From Eledone cirrhosa (Eukaryota), in contig OZ024753.1 in assembly GCA_964016885.1 (NCBI GenBank), forward strand, positions 34,348,001-34,412,000: a stretch of 64,000 nucleotides of DNA, read 5' to 3'. Under the pieces are notes generated by a model. That model worked only from the letters and a program-made list of their open reading frames with translations, did not search any database and was not told where the DNA came from. Positions 1 through 19,712 of the stretch are shown here, piece by piece (position 1 is the stretch's first letter; each line of letters begins with the position of its first letter). The position numbers and the translations under genes were made by a program.

Positions 1-351
1 TTGAAGTACTAGGCCGATTTGCTTCAAGGAATGATATTTCTATGTCCAGTGGGTGGTCAACGTGGTAGTGGCAGCGCCATCTTACGCATAGGGTTTAGTC
101 TACTGAAGGACATACGGTGCGTCTATTCCATCTTTATCCCCTTCCTCATACCTACTACAGCAAGGCCGGACCTGAAATCATTCACGTCAATTAACTCAAG
201 CTACCCCATGAATTGTTTTTATGTTGCCGTTTATTTCACTCAATCATGTCACTGTACACCCATTTTGTTAAACTGCTTTTTACAATTACATTTCAATTCT
301 TTGCTCAACCTTTGGCTCTCTTTATACGGACAAACAGGCTGTCATTCATTT

Positions 352-379
352 CCCGAGCAACGCCGGGTACATCTGCTAG
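352..379 (+). mobile_element. Helitron-like 3' terminus (GC hairpin + CTAG|T)
   Basis: cccgagcaacgccggg hairpin followed 8 nt later by CTAG then T. The same hairpin occurs on the minus strand at 4716-4731. Confidence 0.6.
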
Positions 380-492
380 TATATATATATAGGAGAGTAA
401 ATAATGCATGTAATTGCTACATGATTCTTCCATAAATATATCAATATGCTCTCACACAAAACACACACTCTTTCTCTCTCTCTGTATATATA

Positions 493-535
<43 letters not shown>

Positions 536-873
536 ATATATATTATATATATATATATAATATTATCGCCCTGTGGTCTCTCTCACACACACACAAATAC
601 ACAAAGGATTTCTTCAATCCCTCACTGTCACAGGTAATTTCTCTTCTCTTCCATACCTTTCAATAGAACGAAGCCTTATTTATTCTCTCCTTCCATCGTT
701 TTATTCCCAACCTTTCTCATACTTTTATTTACAGCGTTTCGTGAAACACAGAGAAATAGAGAAATGGATTCCATACATAAATATCCACAAACAACAATAA
801 AAATAAAAGTAAAAATAAAAATAAACAATAGCCTACAACCGACATCCCCCCCTCCAGCAGACTTTCAATTACA

Positions 874-1985
874 TTTGTATGTGTACACTTGTGTGTATGT
901 ATACGTATAGATTTATATGTGTATGTATACGTATAGATTAATATGTGTATGTGTAAACTTGTGTGTATGTATACGTATAGATTAATATGTGTATGTGTAA
1001 ACTTGTGTGTATGTATAAGTATAGATTAATATGTGTATGTATACGTATAGATTAATGTGTGTATGTATACGTATAGATTACTATGTGTATGTATACGTAT
1101 AGATTACTATGTGTATGTATACGTATAGATTAATATGTGTATGTGTAAACTTGTGTGTATGTATACGTATAGATTAATATGTGTATGTATACGTATAGAT
1201 TAATGTGTGTATGTATACGTATAGATTAATGTGTGTATGTGTACACTTGTGTGTATGTATACGTATAGATTACTATGTGTATGTATACGTATAGATTACT
1301 ATGTGTATGTATACGTATAGATTACTATGTGTATGTATACGTATAGATTAATATGTGTATGTGTAAACTTGTGTGTATGTATACGTATAGATTAATATGT
1401 GTATGTATACGTATAGATTAATGTGTGTATGTGTACACTTGTGTGTATGTATACGTTTAGATTAATATGTGTATGTATACGTATAGATTAATGTGTGTAT
1501 GTGTAAACTTGTGAGTATGTATACGTATAGATTAATGTGTGTATGTGTAAACTTGTGTGTATGTGTAAACTTGTGTGTATGTATACGTATAGATTAATAT
1601 GTGTATGTTTACGTATAGATTAATGTGTGTATGTATACGTATAGATTAATGTGTGTATGTGTACACTTGTGTGTATGTATACGTATAGATTAATGTGTAT
1701 GTGTACACTTGTGTGTATGTGTAAACTTGTGTGTATGTTTACGTATAGATTAATATGTGTATGTGTACACTTGTGTGTATGTATACGTATAGATTAATGT
1801 GTATGTTTACGTATAGATTAATGTGTGTATGTGTACACTTGTGTGTATGTATACGTATAGATTAATATGTGTATGTGTACGTATAGATTAATATGTGTAT
1901 GTGTACGTATAGATTAATGTGTATATGTGTACGCTTGTGTGTGTATATGTGTGTGTACGCTTGTGTGTGTATGTAGGTATAGACT
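874..1985. repeat. Compound minisatellite of two interleaved units (about 26 bp gtgtatgtatacgtatagattaatat and about 20 bp gtgtatgtgtaaacttgtgt)
   Basis: Directly visible tandem units in variable order. Confidence 0.9.
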
Positions 1986-2536
1986 AATGTGTGCATTTAT
2001 GTATACACTAATGTGTGTGTGTGTGTGTGCGTGCTTGTCTATGTATGTATCTACGTATAGACTAGTGTGTGTGTATGTATGTGTGCATTTAGATAAAGAC
2101 TAATCTGTGTGTGTGTGTGTGTGTGTGTGTGAGTATGTACTTCTGTATGTGTATCTACACACAGACGAGTGCATGTGTATGTGTGAATATATATACATGC
2201 TTGTGTGTGTGTGTGTGTGTGTGAGTGTGTACCTATTCATAGATGTGTGTATGTGTGCGCATTTGTGTGTGTATATCTATGCATAAACGTGTGTATGTGT
2301 TTGTGTACGCACTTATGTGTGTATACCTATTCATAGACATGTTTATATGTATGTGTACATATAAATGTGTACGTACATGTGTGTGTATATCTATAATTAG
2401 ACGTGTGTATGTGTATGTGTACACACTTGCGTATATGTATTCTATTATGCCTGAATCGTGTTCCTCATGTTATTTTGTTTTCATTTCAACAACTACTCCA
2501 GTTATAGGTGGACTTTTCAGAAATAGCTACAGCTAT

Positions 2537-2572
<36 letters not shown>

Positions 2573-2675
2573 ACACACACACACAGACACACACCTTTAC
2601 TTTCTTTGCCATATCCCTTTCAATGGGGTTTACGTTTTTAAAGACAGCTTGTGAATGATAGTATATCTCTCTCTA

Positions 2676-2878
2676 TGGCGGTGGATTGGCAGTATCGGTA
2701 GAGAGTCGGACACCATGCTTTGAAGCATAGAATTACGTCCCTTTATGATCTGAGCTCAAATCCCGCCGAGGTTAACTTTGCCTTTCATCCTTACGGGGTC
2801 GATAAAATAAAGTACCAGTAATGTACTGGATAATTGCTGGCCTTCTGCCAAAAGTAGAAACAATTATTATTATTATTA
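2676..2878 (+). mobile_element. tRNA-derived SINE, full-length reference copy (Meta-domain-like core)
   Basis: Head tggcggtggattggcagtatcggtagag with A/B-box-like motifs (gagttcaaatccc in most copies), core gcctttcatccttacggggtcgataaaataaagtaccag, and a (tta)n tail. More than 25 copies occur in the window. Confidence 0.85.
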
Positions 2879-3984
2879 CGTTCAAAGTAAAGGACGTCAT
2901 GAATAATACAACATCATATGTCTTGTTTCTAAAAACAGCTCAAGATAGAAGTGGGATAATTTCTGGCCTTGTGCCAATAGTAGAAACATATATATATATA
3001 TGCGTGTGTATAATGATAGCTATGGTCCTCCATATGCGGTATGCCAAAATTAGCACTCAATATTCATACAGAGCAGAGTGTGCCTGAGGGCAGGGAAGTA
3101 AGTCCACTTGATCAACCCCAAAATAAAAAAAAAAAAACATGAAAAAGAAAATCACCTTGGAATGAATTCGAACTCAGATCTGAAAAGAAATGATAAGAAG
3201 TTAACTAAATTTTGATAGACGCTCTTCCGATTCTGACAGTCTACAACCACCATCGAAATCCAAATTTCGTATGTTATTCTAATATAGCCGTCTATTTATA
3301 GATGGACATTTTTCAGCGTTCAAGAAATAGAATAAAATAGAAATAGAATAAAATTATAATTAGAAAAAAAAAAATTAGAACGATGATGCATATAAAAATA
3401 TTAACATTAATTTCCAACGGCAGTTTTGCAGCATCCGTTTTACAAATTGCACAAATTTGCATAAACATTAATTTAATATTATAGTTATTAAGAATAGTTC
3501 ATTACTCTTCCTTTTCTCTTTTCTTGACCGATATTTTGTCTTTTATTTCCTATCAGGTTATTTATTGGATTTTTATATATACATGTATGAGGAAGCGTTC
3601 ACTACACGTAGAAACACCAAGTATTTCACACACACACACACGCACACGCACGCACACGCACAACACGACTAGTTAGGAAATTACAAGTACAATCCATTAA
3701 TGGAACAGTAGTAATATGTAAAACATTCAAAAAATTCTGCATCTAATAACTGCATATATACACATGTACAGATACAAAGCATATGCACATGCACACATAC
3801 AACTCAAAACATACACATCCACACATACAATAATATCCATACCTACACATGCATGCAGACATGCATACATACATACATATCTACCTAGTTGATGTGTAAA
3901 TTCCAATCAGAGAGTCTTGTATCTGTTAGAAACCGACTATCACTCTCTATTGACAAACATTTGTGAAATTATAAAACAAGAAGA

Positions 3985-4043
3985 ACATACATACATACAT
4001 GCATACATACATACATACAGCTATACATACATACATACATATT

Positions 4044-4093
<50 letters not shown>

Positions 4094-4541
4094 GATATAC
4101 ATGTATATATATATATCTATTTATATATACAGCTATACATGTATGTATATATACAGATATACATATATACATATATATATATACATATATACATGTGTGT
4201 ATATATATACATATATATGTGTGTACATATATATATATATACATGTATATCTGTATATATATATATATATATACATGTATATCTGTATATATATATATAT
4301 ATATACATGTATATCTGTATATATATATATATATATATACATGTATATCTGTATATATATATATATATACATGTATATCTGTATATATATATATATATAT
4401 ACATGTATATCTGTATATATATATATATATACATGTATATCTGTATATATATATATATATATACATGTATATCTGTATATATATATATATACATGTATAT
4501 CTGTATATATATATATACATGTATATCTGTATGTATGTATG

Positions 4542-4579
<38 letters not shown>

Positions 4580-4593
4580 TACACACAGATATA

Positions 4594-4635
<42 letters not shown>

Positions 4636-4647
4636 GATATACATGTA
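3985..4647. repeat. (TACA)n/(TA)n microsatellite with higher-order catgtatatctg units
   Basis: Directly visible. Confidence 0.95.
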
Positions 4648-4703
4648 TGGGGGGGGGGAGGGGGTAAATTTATTAGTGAGAAATAACAAATTTATATAGA
4701 TTA

Positions 4704-6170
4704 CTAGCATTAAAGCCCGGCGTTGCTCGGGGTCATTAAGTTACCAAAGTTAGGTTGCAGCACTTTTTTGTCTACCAGGCACTGGGTGAATGAATTGCAG
4801 ACCTGGAAGCATGAGCTGCGCCAGCAGTGACAATTGTAGTTTCGCCTATGGATATTATCTCTGTGCAAAAAGTGTTGAAATTTATTGTTTCACAGTACTT
4901 GCGCAACACGCGAGTAGACGATGCCAGCCGAACAACAGAGCTGCGATGGAGTTGTTCTGCATGGTTGTCTGTGTGTTTTCTAAATTTAAGATAGTAGGGA
5001 GGGTTGTGATATGAGGGAGAGTTAGCTGTTGTTTCTAGCAGGTTTAGTGACCTCATAGGGATATGTGTTTTCTAAATTTAAGACAGTAGGGAGTGGTGTG
5101 ATATGAGGGAGAGTTAGCTGCTGTTTCTAGCAGGTTTAGTGACCTCATAGAGGATATGTGTTTTCTAAATTTAAGACAGTAGGGAGTGGTGTGATATGAG
5201 GGAGAGTTAGCTGCTGTTTCTAGCCGGTTTAGTGACCTCATAGAAGATATGTTTTCTAAATTTAAGACAGTAGAGAGGGGTGTGATATGGGGGAGAGTTA
5301 GCTGCTGTTTCTAGCAGGTTTAGTGACCTCATAGAGGATATGTTTTCTAAATTTAAGACAGTAGGGAGGGGTGTGATATGAGGGAGAGTTAGCTGCTGTT
5401 TCTAGCAGGTTTAGTGACCTCATAGAAGATATGTTTTCTAAATTTAAGACAGTAGGGAGGGGTATGATATGGGGGAGAGTTAGCTGCTGTTTCTAGCAGG
5501 TTTAGTAACCTCATAGAGGATATGTGTTTTCTAAATTTAAGACAGTAGGGAGTGGTGTGATATGAGGGAGAGTTAGCTGCTGTTTCTAGCAGGTTTAGTA
5601 ACCTCATAGAGGATATGTGTTTTCTAAATTTAAGACAGTAGGGAGTGGTGTGATATGAGGGAGAGTTAGCTGCTGTTTCTAGCAGGTTTAGTGACCTCAT
5701 AGAGGATATTATTGTTTATCATCTATATATATAAAACTGACTGCACGCCTAACGAAATTTACAGATACATATATTTTAAATAAACTTATATAATTTTGCT
5801 TTTTTTTACGAAATATTTTGCTTGTTTTACGTAGTCTTTAAATAGACTTGTTTTCAAGTAAAAATTATTGTGTTAATGTCATTTTAAACGCTGAGAAAGC
5901 CAGCGTAATTTTTTTAATTTTTGCACGCAGACGCTCAATGTAAACAGAACAAAGGGAAATAACTGATCACTTACGCTCAAAAATCGATACATTATATTCG
6001 ATTTCGTCAGATAGGGCGGGTCAATTTGAAATTATTTTTTTTCCGATGTCTTCGCTAGGGCTCAATGTACAAGTATAGCAATTTCGGTGCAATTCCGTGA
6101 GAGATTCTAAGAGGAGATGTGTGCCAAAAATCGATAGACAGACAGACAACCACAGTTTTATATATATAGA
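4704..6170 (-). mobile_element. Non-autonomous Helitron-like element
   Basis: On the minus strand: A|TCtatatatataaaactgtggttgtctgtctgtc at the 5' end, then a 3' hairpin cccgagcaacgccggg (4716-4731) and CTAG|T. Insertion between A and T with no TSD. Confidence 0.7.
4972..5708. repeat. 91-93 bp tandem repeat, 8 copies, inside the Helitron
   Basis: ttttctaaatttaag recurs at about 4976, 5068, 5161, 5252, 5343, 5434, 5527 and 5620. Confidence 0.95.
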
Positions 6171-6456
6171 TAAGGAACATAGAATCATAACCTGAAATTA
6201 AAATAGTTTATATGTATACTTATTGGTATAAATTTTAGGAAAAGATAGCTGTAAAAGGGAAATAAAATTATGCAGTTCATTAGTAGTAGAATATTAATTA
6301 TAGGTTAACTAATTTAAAAAAAGTGTTATTATAATAATTTCTAAAGTGTATATTAATTACGTTTATAATATTTAAAAGTTCTTCGCAGATTATGATTACA
6401 TGATATAATTAATTCCTGTCGTTTATTTAATAGGATATCCTTAGATTTCATTATTT

Positions 6457-11351
<4,895 letters not shown>

Positions 11352-11367
11352 TAAAATAACAGATTAA

Positions 11368-11418
11368 AGTTTCAGCAAAGAATCGCTGCTTTCACCCTTA
11401 ACGGGATCTTCTGAAACT
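11368..11418 (-). ncRNA. Degenerate hammerhead-like motif (U4A, G at position 17)
   Basis: Minus strand: agttt-CAGAAGA-t-ccc gttaa ggg-t-GAAA-gca...tgc-TG-aaact. Stems I-III form, but two core positions are non-canonical. It lies next to the end of the TA array. Confidence 0.4.
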
Positions 11419-12276
11419 AACAAAGTCAATCTGTAAACGCAGAAGTGGAAATTGCTCGTCGATACAACCTATCAAACCCGTCTACTAAATTTTATTTATA
11501 AGGAATTTGTCAAACCGAGGCTGTCGTAGAAGGCGTTCAAAATGTCACGCCGTGGGACTGAATCCGATGCCACGCTATTGTAGAGGGAATTGCTTAACTA
11601 AACAACTATGCCTGCATAGCTAAAAACAACAACAAAACAATGCTTTGTTTACTTTAATAACTGTAAAGGATTGTTGCAACTAAATATGTTGATCTCCTCG
11701 TAGCTGGAGAAGATGTAGTCAAAATCAAAACGTAGAGACACACTTGACAGGCTTCTGACGGTCGATAGCTTGCATGAATATTAAATAAAACAAACTTTAC
11801 AGAGAACGCATAAAAATCATTTCTCCAAGGTCGTTGTTAGGATATGCAGTTAATTACTGACAAGCAAGTAAACGGAAGAGATGTGTGTATGGGGATATGT
11901 TGAGCTATCTAATTACTTTAATTAATAGAGCTGTGTTGTCTTCGATGTGAAAAACATCAAAAAATAAATACATAAACAAAAACACAATAAAGAAGAGAAA
12001 ACAACAACAACAACAACCTAAAATAGATTTAAAAAACCCACACAGGATCCATGTGGCTTGTATCATTAAGGTTTGAATAGAAGAAGAAAATGAATCATTT
12101 GTTTAAGTTTCTCACTGATGGCTAGAGAACTTACTGACCATGTAGAATACATCTGCCTTGTTTATTGTTGACATGATGAGGACCAAGTCTCGGTTAACTC
12201 TAAATGTATCAGAGACAAAAAAAAAAAAAAAAAAAAGCATTTTTTGTACATCATAGAGGGAGTCGGAGTCATTCAG

Positions 12277-12678
12277 AGTGGTGGATTGGCAGAATCGGTA
12301 GAGCGTCGGACAACATGCATGGCGGCATAGAGTTACGTCCCTTTACGTTATGAGTTTAAATGCCGCTTAGGATAGCTTTGCCTGTCTTTCGTCATTGCAG
12401 GGTCGATAGAATAGAATAGAATAAAATACCAGTAATGCACTGGCGTAGATTTAATCGACATTTCCCCCCCCAAAAAAAATTGTTGACCTCTTGCCTAAAT
12501 CAGTATCGGTAGAGGGTCGGACGCCATGCTTTACAGCAAAGAGTTACGACCCTTTATGGTCTGAGTTGAAATCCCGCCAAGGTTAACTTTGCCTTTCATC
12601 CTTACAGGGTCGATAAAATAAAGTACCAGTAATGTACTGAGTGATTGCTGGCCTTGTGCCAAAAGTAGAAACAATTAT
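12277..12678 (+). mobile_element. Two tandem tRNA-derived SINE copies
   Basis: Similarity to 2676-2878. Confidence 0.8.
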
Positions 12679-12937
12679 TTGTATATCATACCTGGGTAAA
12701 TCAGAGGAAACACTCTTTTCTTTTGCTGCTCTCTGATAATAATGGGTCCTCCAACGGTTCCGACGATGAACATTCAATCGTTCGATCAACTGAAAGTCAA
12801 ACTCGTTAAATTAACGTGTACGTGGTTGATTATGGCACAAACACGTGTACCTTTGGCATAATTCCAAGGCAGAATCAGTGTGACACAATATCTTATAAGA
12901 CTGGACCTTTGAATTACGGGTAGAATCATCTACCAAA

Positions 12938-13088
12938 CTGATGGGCTTCCATGCTGTTTCAATCTACCAAATTTCACTCACAATATTTGGGTCGACCTGC
13001 TACGGCTATGGTAAAGATATTGACCAAAATAACACGCAGTGGGATCGAACTCGGGATCTCATGATTGAGAAGCGAACCTCTTAATCAT
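12938..13088 (-). mobile_element. Second, diverged tRNA-derived SINE family (another copy at about 11495-11597)
   Basis: Minus-strand B-box-like gagttcgatcccactgcgtg. The related cgccgtgggactgaatc segment is seen near 11550. Confidence 0.5.
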
Positions 13089-14884
13089 AGATTGGCATCA
13101 AGACTAATGCAATTTCATTTATTTATGAACGTATGGCCCCGTAACTCCTGATAGAATCGTAAGGGCACCGCATTGGCATACGGCGTTTCTTGGCCATCTT
13201 AAGCCTGGCGGAGTCCATCCCTCTCCAGACCTGAGTACAGAAGATTTCTTCCAAAGAAAGATAGAAAGTGAGAGAGAGGAAGAATCCACCCCAATACTTG
13301 ACTGGTACTTTTTTTTATCGACCTCGAAAGATGAAAGGCAAAGTTGACCTCGGCGGGATTTGTACTCAGAGAGCCGGAATGAATACCATAAAGCATTCTA
13401 TCCGATGTTCTAACTACTCTGCCAATTTGCTGCCTTCAATTTCATTTATACGGAACTTTCAATGCAAAAGTCAGCGACTTAAAGAAATACTAACAGAACC
13501 CAGAAATTATTTTCTTCTTAATCAACTACAATGATATCTATAACGCTAAAAGCATCCGGATTTTATACTAAAGTTTTCTTGTAATACACAAACATTCGAA
13601 CTTTAAGCCGGAGAAAACCATAATATGTAATAGTGGACTACTGAGGAAATTTGTTTTCCAAGCCGAGAAGATTTACATCAATGATTTCTCTGTTAGTTTC
13701 TTTGTTCTAAGCAATGAATCATACATTCACTGAGGTAGTGATAAAGATATATCATTATACGATGGTATTTTGTATATATATATACAGTCTGGCAAAAAAA
13801 TATATACGAGGCTTAAGAGAATACTAGTGTACTTCTTACAACAATTCATTGCTGTAAACTATATTTTCAGAATTAGTAGTAACAACATCTTTCGGAATAC
13901 GTAAATAGACAATAAAAACATCCACTCCATTACTACAGAACACAAAAGAACTGATCACCAGGATGACTCGAGAAAAACAAATGCAGATTTAAGAGCGAAT
14001 TTGTAACTGAAAATAATTTCATAAAACTCAAAAATGCTGAAGAACTATAGCTTCACAGAAAACTAAAGAACTGCATATCAAAATAAAGTTACATATGGTT
14101 ATGTCGAACCTGTCAACAAGGAGTGGGAACATTAAATGACACAATGATACCTCTATATTTCAATGGTGCATCTTCAGATTTAGAAAACAGGGTTTATAAA
14201 AAAGAAAAAAACGTCCTAAAATACGTTCCTTGCGGAAGAGTGTCCACCTGGAACCTCGGATAAAATGCTCTGTTTTATTCATTTCGGCTTTCTACGCCCT
14301 GAGTTCAAATCATGCCAAAGGCAACTACGCCTTTCAACCTGCCGAGGATTTGAAATCAAGAACCAGTCCAATACGAAAGTCCATTCTCCCTCTATATCTC
14401 TTTCTCACTTCCACTCTACCACTCTCATTTCTCTGGAAGAATACGGCTATGTCCATACCCGGAGAAAGGATGAGTTCTACCATGCTTAAAGTATCCAAGG
14501 AACGCAATATGTCCCTACGGAGTGCCTACCCTCAACTCCAGCGGAGGTTACATTCTATTAGATGTCAGCATTTAGAGGTAAATTTGGTGATGTCTCTGAT
14601 GAATTGTTGTTATCTGGTGTCAAATACTGTGTATTTGTTTATCCCTCCCACCCCCCACATAGTAAAGAGTATCACAAGAGAACCACCACGACCATCCCTA
14701 TCATCATCTGCTACAGTTATCATCACTACAACTGGTGATGGACCACTTCTTTTTAACTATGTCTCTCCATCGCACACGCATGTGTGTGTGTGTCTCCATC
14801 GCACCCACATATATATGTATATATAGAGACATTTTTCCAATTCCAACCCGCCCGTCCCCTCAATCTATCTTATTTCTCATTCGT

Positions 14885-14920
14885 TCTTCTGATGAAGGAC
14901 TGACGTCCGAAACGTTAAGA
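14885..14920 (+). ncRNA. Minimal type-I hammerhead ribozyme (GUU triplet)
   Basis: TCTT-CTGATGA-a-GGAC tgac GTCC-GAAACGTT^AAGA, with a palindromic ACGT stem III typical of the dimer-forming minimal hammerheads of PLE pLTRs. Confidence 0.8.
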
Positions 14921-15053
14921 CCCTCTTCCTGCTATATAAAGCGTTAACCTAATATGTCCCTTCCATATACTGTACCGATTGTGTTGTTATTTCTGTTTAC
15001 CTTTTACACACACATATATATATATAAGTGATACCTAGTTAGCACTTACATAC

Positions 15054-15136
<83 letters not shown>

Positions 15137-15844
15137 CACACACACACACACATATATATATAAGTGTTAACTATGTTGCACTTATATCCATATATATGCC
15201 AACTGTTAGTTGCAAGAGAAATTTCTAAAGAAAGCCTCTTATTAATATAATTATATTGCCTCTCATACGTTTCATCACTGGAATGTACTTTACTTGCTAA
15301 ATTGATATATTAGAATTCGAAGTTCGAAAAATAGATCGATATGTTACTGTTATTCTGTTCAAAATGAACTAAACACTCCCAAAAATTAATTAGTTTTATA
15401 AATTATTCACAAAGTATGTACTTACCTCTTTCTTACACTAATTCTCTCAGAGCTAGTGTTCTAATGCTAATATAAAAGCATACTTTAGAAATTATTTTCA
15501 ACAGTTATTTCATGTGGAATTCGTCTCAGGGAAACCCAAAGCAATATTAATGTATTTTAAAAACTCCAAATGCCTAAACACACACAAAAACCCCCACCAC
15601 TGGCAAAAAAACAAAAAAACAATAACAATAAACAAAAATCAAAAACAACAATAAACAAAAACCTCAGAGGTACTTTAGTTCATTCTACGAATAAGTCTAC
15701 GAAAAAATGGTATAGTATGTCACAACATTTACAGCTTTCACTTAAGTTTGCGCCTGCGATACACTAGCAATCCTTATCCATAAATCAATATTGTTCTTCA
15801 TCCATTGGAGTAAACGGAGCTTGGTACTGGATCTACGAACTAAA

Positions 15845-16214
15845 TTATTTCTAGTATAGGCACAAGGCCAGTAATTTGGGGGGGATAGTCAAGTCGATTA
15901 AATTGATCTCAGTACGTTACTGGTACTATATTTTATCGACCGCGTATGGATGAAAGGCAAAGTTAACCTCGGCGGGATTTGAACTCAGACCATAAAGGGC
16001 CGTAACTCTAATAATAATAATAATCGTTTCTTATATAGGCACAAGGCCAGGGGAGGAGAAAGTCGATTAAATCTACCCCAGTACGTGACTGGTACTTTAT
16101 TTTATCGACCCCGTAAGGATGAAAGGAATTTGAACTCAGAATGGCAAAGGCCGTAACTCTATGCGTCAAAGCATGGCGTCCGACCCTCTACCGATACTGC
16201 CAATCCACCGCCCT
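15845..16214 (-). mobile_element. Two tandem tRNA-derived SINE copies
   Basis: Reverse complement of the 2676-2878 consensus. Confidence 0.8.
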
Positions 16215-16490
16215 TAATAATAATAATTTGTCTGTATTCCATGCTGGCGTAGAATGGACAGGTTATCACAGTCCAAGAGGAGACCGTGATAGTAGAACCA
16301 CATCTTGTTCATACATTGTATGACTTCAAATGAATAAAACACTTCTAGTTCTATAGAAATCATTTCTATATATAATAAAGCCACCTATACTTTAGCAACG
16401 TATTGAGTCCTTTTTTTCAACTGTGGTTACCCCCCCCCCCCCGACACCACTGGGGAACCTAAATATTATTATTATATACATATATATATA

Positions 16491-16758
16491 CTAACTCGAG
16501 CCTCTGCCCTTCTAAAATCCCGGAGAGCTCAATTTGCTGGCCACTGTCACCGTGCCAGCAATGAAATCATATCCGCTCTCTTGCTCTGGAACCCTGACTC
16601 CAGCCTGACTAGGAGTAGGAAGCTGTCATTCCCTGACGTTATCTCTAGGGATACGGGAATCAGTAGACAGGACCTGGGGGCAGCGATGGGGGACAGGGAA
16701 TTCTGGGGCATGAGAGTGAGATCCATCATCTCGACAGTAGTCGACGAATGATGATGAT
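16491..16758 (+). pseudogene. 3' fragment of an RTE-group (Proto2/RTEX-like) LINE ORF
   Basis: Translates as ...RRAQFAGHCHRASNEIISALLLWNP...DVISRDTG...AMGDREFW...DE*, followed by (TGA)n and TA. Flanked by TA tracts. Confidence 0.7.
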
Positions 16759-18125
16759 ATATATATATATATATACTAAATTACAACAAGATTTTTAACA
16801 ACGAGTTTACGCCCTGTATGTTGTTTTTATACATAAGTAAGGATCCGTAACTCTTATTAGAATCGTAGTGGTGCTGTAGTATTATACAGGGTGTCTTGGG
16901 TATTTTAAACATGGCGGAGTTGATTCCCTCTCTAGCTCTGATCATAGCCAATTTCTTCGAGAGAAAGAGGGGGGGGGGAGATATAGACAGATGGATAGAT
17001 ATATTGAGAGAAACTTGACAATGGACTGTAGACTGCTGGGGGATATAGATAGATGGATAGATATATATATAGAGAGAAACTTGACTATATATCGTCTGTA
17101 GACTGCTGGGAAACCGCCATGATGGAAGAATATTTGGTATTTGGTTAGAAAAGATGAAAGCGCTCACAGAAGAAAATTTTGACTCCAAAGCACATTAAAT
17201 TCTCAGTGTTCCATATTTTCACTGTTTATCAATCATTTTGTTTGTTAAATTACATCTATTTGGAACATTCTGAGCAAATAAAACATAAAATTTCTTGTTT
17301 GTCAATTATTTTACTAGTTACATTGATTTGGATAATTTTTAAGGAAATGAAACATGAAATTGGATAATTTTTCTCAAAACAGAAATAAACGAGAAGCCAG
17401 CGTTTAGCCCTAGGTGAAGATTGCCTTATATAAAGTTTAAATATATAACGAAGAATATTTCCGAAAATATCGATGATAAGCGGAAATTAAACATGGCACA
17501 CACACACTCACACACACACACACACACCATATAAATACAACAACAAATTGATATAAATGAAAGGTAAGTTAGCTCCTGGAGAAGGCAAGGTAGATAACTA
17601 TTGTATATTGTTTGAAACAAGAAACAATCGTAAAATATACTTCAAATTGAAACATTAAACGTAGTTTACTACACGTTTTGTTTCTTTTTACGGTAAAAGC
17701 TTCTTCAGGTATAGAAACTTGTAAAATTTCAATTTGACATATATAACTGTAAATATAACTGTTTTGCTAAATCAATAAAGAGAACACCTTATTTGTATTA
17801 GTCGCATAAAGCTGCTCCTGTTGCTGCTGCTAAGACGACAATGACAACAACAACAACATCAATACCACCACCAACAGCAGCAGCAACATCACCAACAGCA
17901 GCAACAACATCACCAACAGCAGCAACAACATCACCACCACTAAATCTTGCATGCCTTAATTTCAACTCTTTTTATAAATAACTGCATTGTTTCTTTCCAG
18001 GGACTATGTTGAAAAATAAACCTCATTTGGTCATTTTATGAGATTATCTTAGTCAGCAGACCCTCGTGTATATGTATGTATATATATATATATATATATA
18101 TATAATAATAAACAAGAAAGACGGT

Positions 18126-18190
<65 letters not shown>

Positions 18191-18312
18191 AGAGAGAGGG
18201 AAGTGAGATACACGAGAGTAATATATTTCTATAAATAAAAAGGAAATTTGCACATACACACATGCTTACATACATAAAAAGGAGTATGTGTGTGTGTTTG
18301 GTGTGTGTGTTT

Positions 18313-18386
<74 letters not shown>

Positions 18387-19311
18387 TGTGCCCGGAGGGA
18401 GAGACTAAAACCCGCAGCAAAAATAATGCTGAATATTTCGACATTTGAAAGTAGGCCAACAAGCATAACAAATATGATATTTACAATATCACAGAAGGTA
18501 AAAAAATAAAATAAATCAAATAAATCAATAAATAAAACCTACTAAGACTTCTTCTACATTCAGCTAACAATGGCCGTCAAAATACATATATTTCTATCTA
18601 TATTTGAATTTAATAAAATTTTTTATAAAAGTCCAGTTTCCTAACATTCGTTTTCATGATATCTCTTTCTTTAAATATTTCACTAGCAAACAACCAGTTG
18701 GATTTATTGATACTGAGAAATTTTATTTTTATAATTAGTTAGTTCTCTACGTGCTCCAAGACTGCAACTATATATTCCTGTAAAGGCCAAAGACCTGTAA
18801 AGGCCAAAGACTTCTGTGAAAACCTTAGGTTGTTTTTTTTTTCTTTTACCTATGATCGGTAAACTACAGCGCCAAGAGAAACAAATAGTTGCTTCGCTGA
18901 ACTTTGGTTCATTCCCATTTTAAGACACTGTAGCTTGAAGGTTATGCATGAATGAATATCTGCAGGAAGTCATGAAGCTGTCTAAATGACAGGGTAACAT
19001 CTGGAATTGGAGGAAACTAACGGTGTGTCTGTGTCGGTGAATTTAATCCATAGGCCATAGGAGAGAGGGGGGGGGGGGGAGACAGACGGATATAGAAACA
19101 GAGAGAGAGAGAGAGAGATAATTTATAGTAAAGTTCATTAAGTTGATTATTTGTGGCGAACAAGAAGAAATAAAAGAATCGAAAGTTTCGAGTATTTCCT
19201 GTGTCTGAGATTGAAGAAGATTGAGAAGTCTTATTGTTTCATTGGTCAACCATTTTAAATAATTAACAGAGAAGGGTGAAAGCTTTGTTGTAGTCGTTAC
19301 AGTGAAGCTAT

Positions 19312-19622
19312 AACAATGACAACAACGGCAATAACATCAATACCACCAACAACAAAACCACCACCACCAGCAACAATATCACCACCACCAACACCACCAC
19401 CACCACCACCACCACCACCAACAACATCACCACCACCAACAACATTAAACAATACCACCACCACCAACAATATCACCACCGCCACCACCAACAATATCAC
19501 CACCACCACCAACAACATCACCACCACCAACAACATTAAACAATATCACCACTACCAACAACAACAATATCACCACTACCAACAACACCACCACCAACAC
19601 CACTCACAACAACACCAATATC
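19312..19622. repeat. (ACC/AAC)n trinucleotide microsatellite
   Basis: Directly visible. Confidence 0.9.
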
Positions 19623-19712
19623 AATGAATGACATTAAACGCGCACATACACACACTCCCACACATGCATGCATATACACACACACACACTCAATGAACAT
19701 AACGCACGTACA

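Noticed and set aside
14155-14185. Minus-strand CTGAAGA...GAAA
   Set aside because: Stems I-III do not form.
17668-17714. Minus-strand CTGAAGA...GAAAC with a pairing stem I
   Set aside because: No NUH triplet or stem III and no element context; may be chance.
19316-19627. Thr/Pro-rich mucin-like ORF
   Set aside because: (ACC)n microsatellite with no supporting exon structure.
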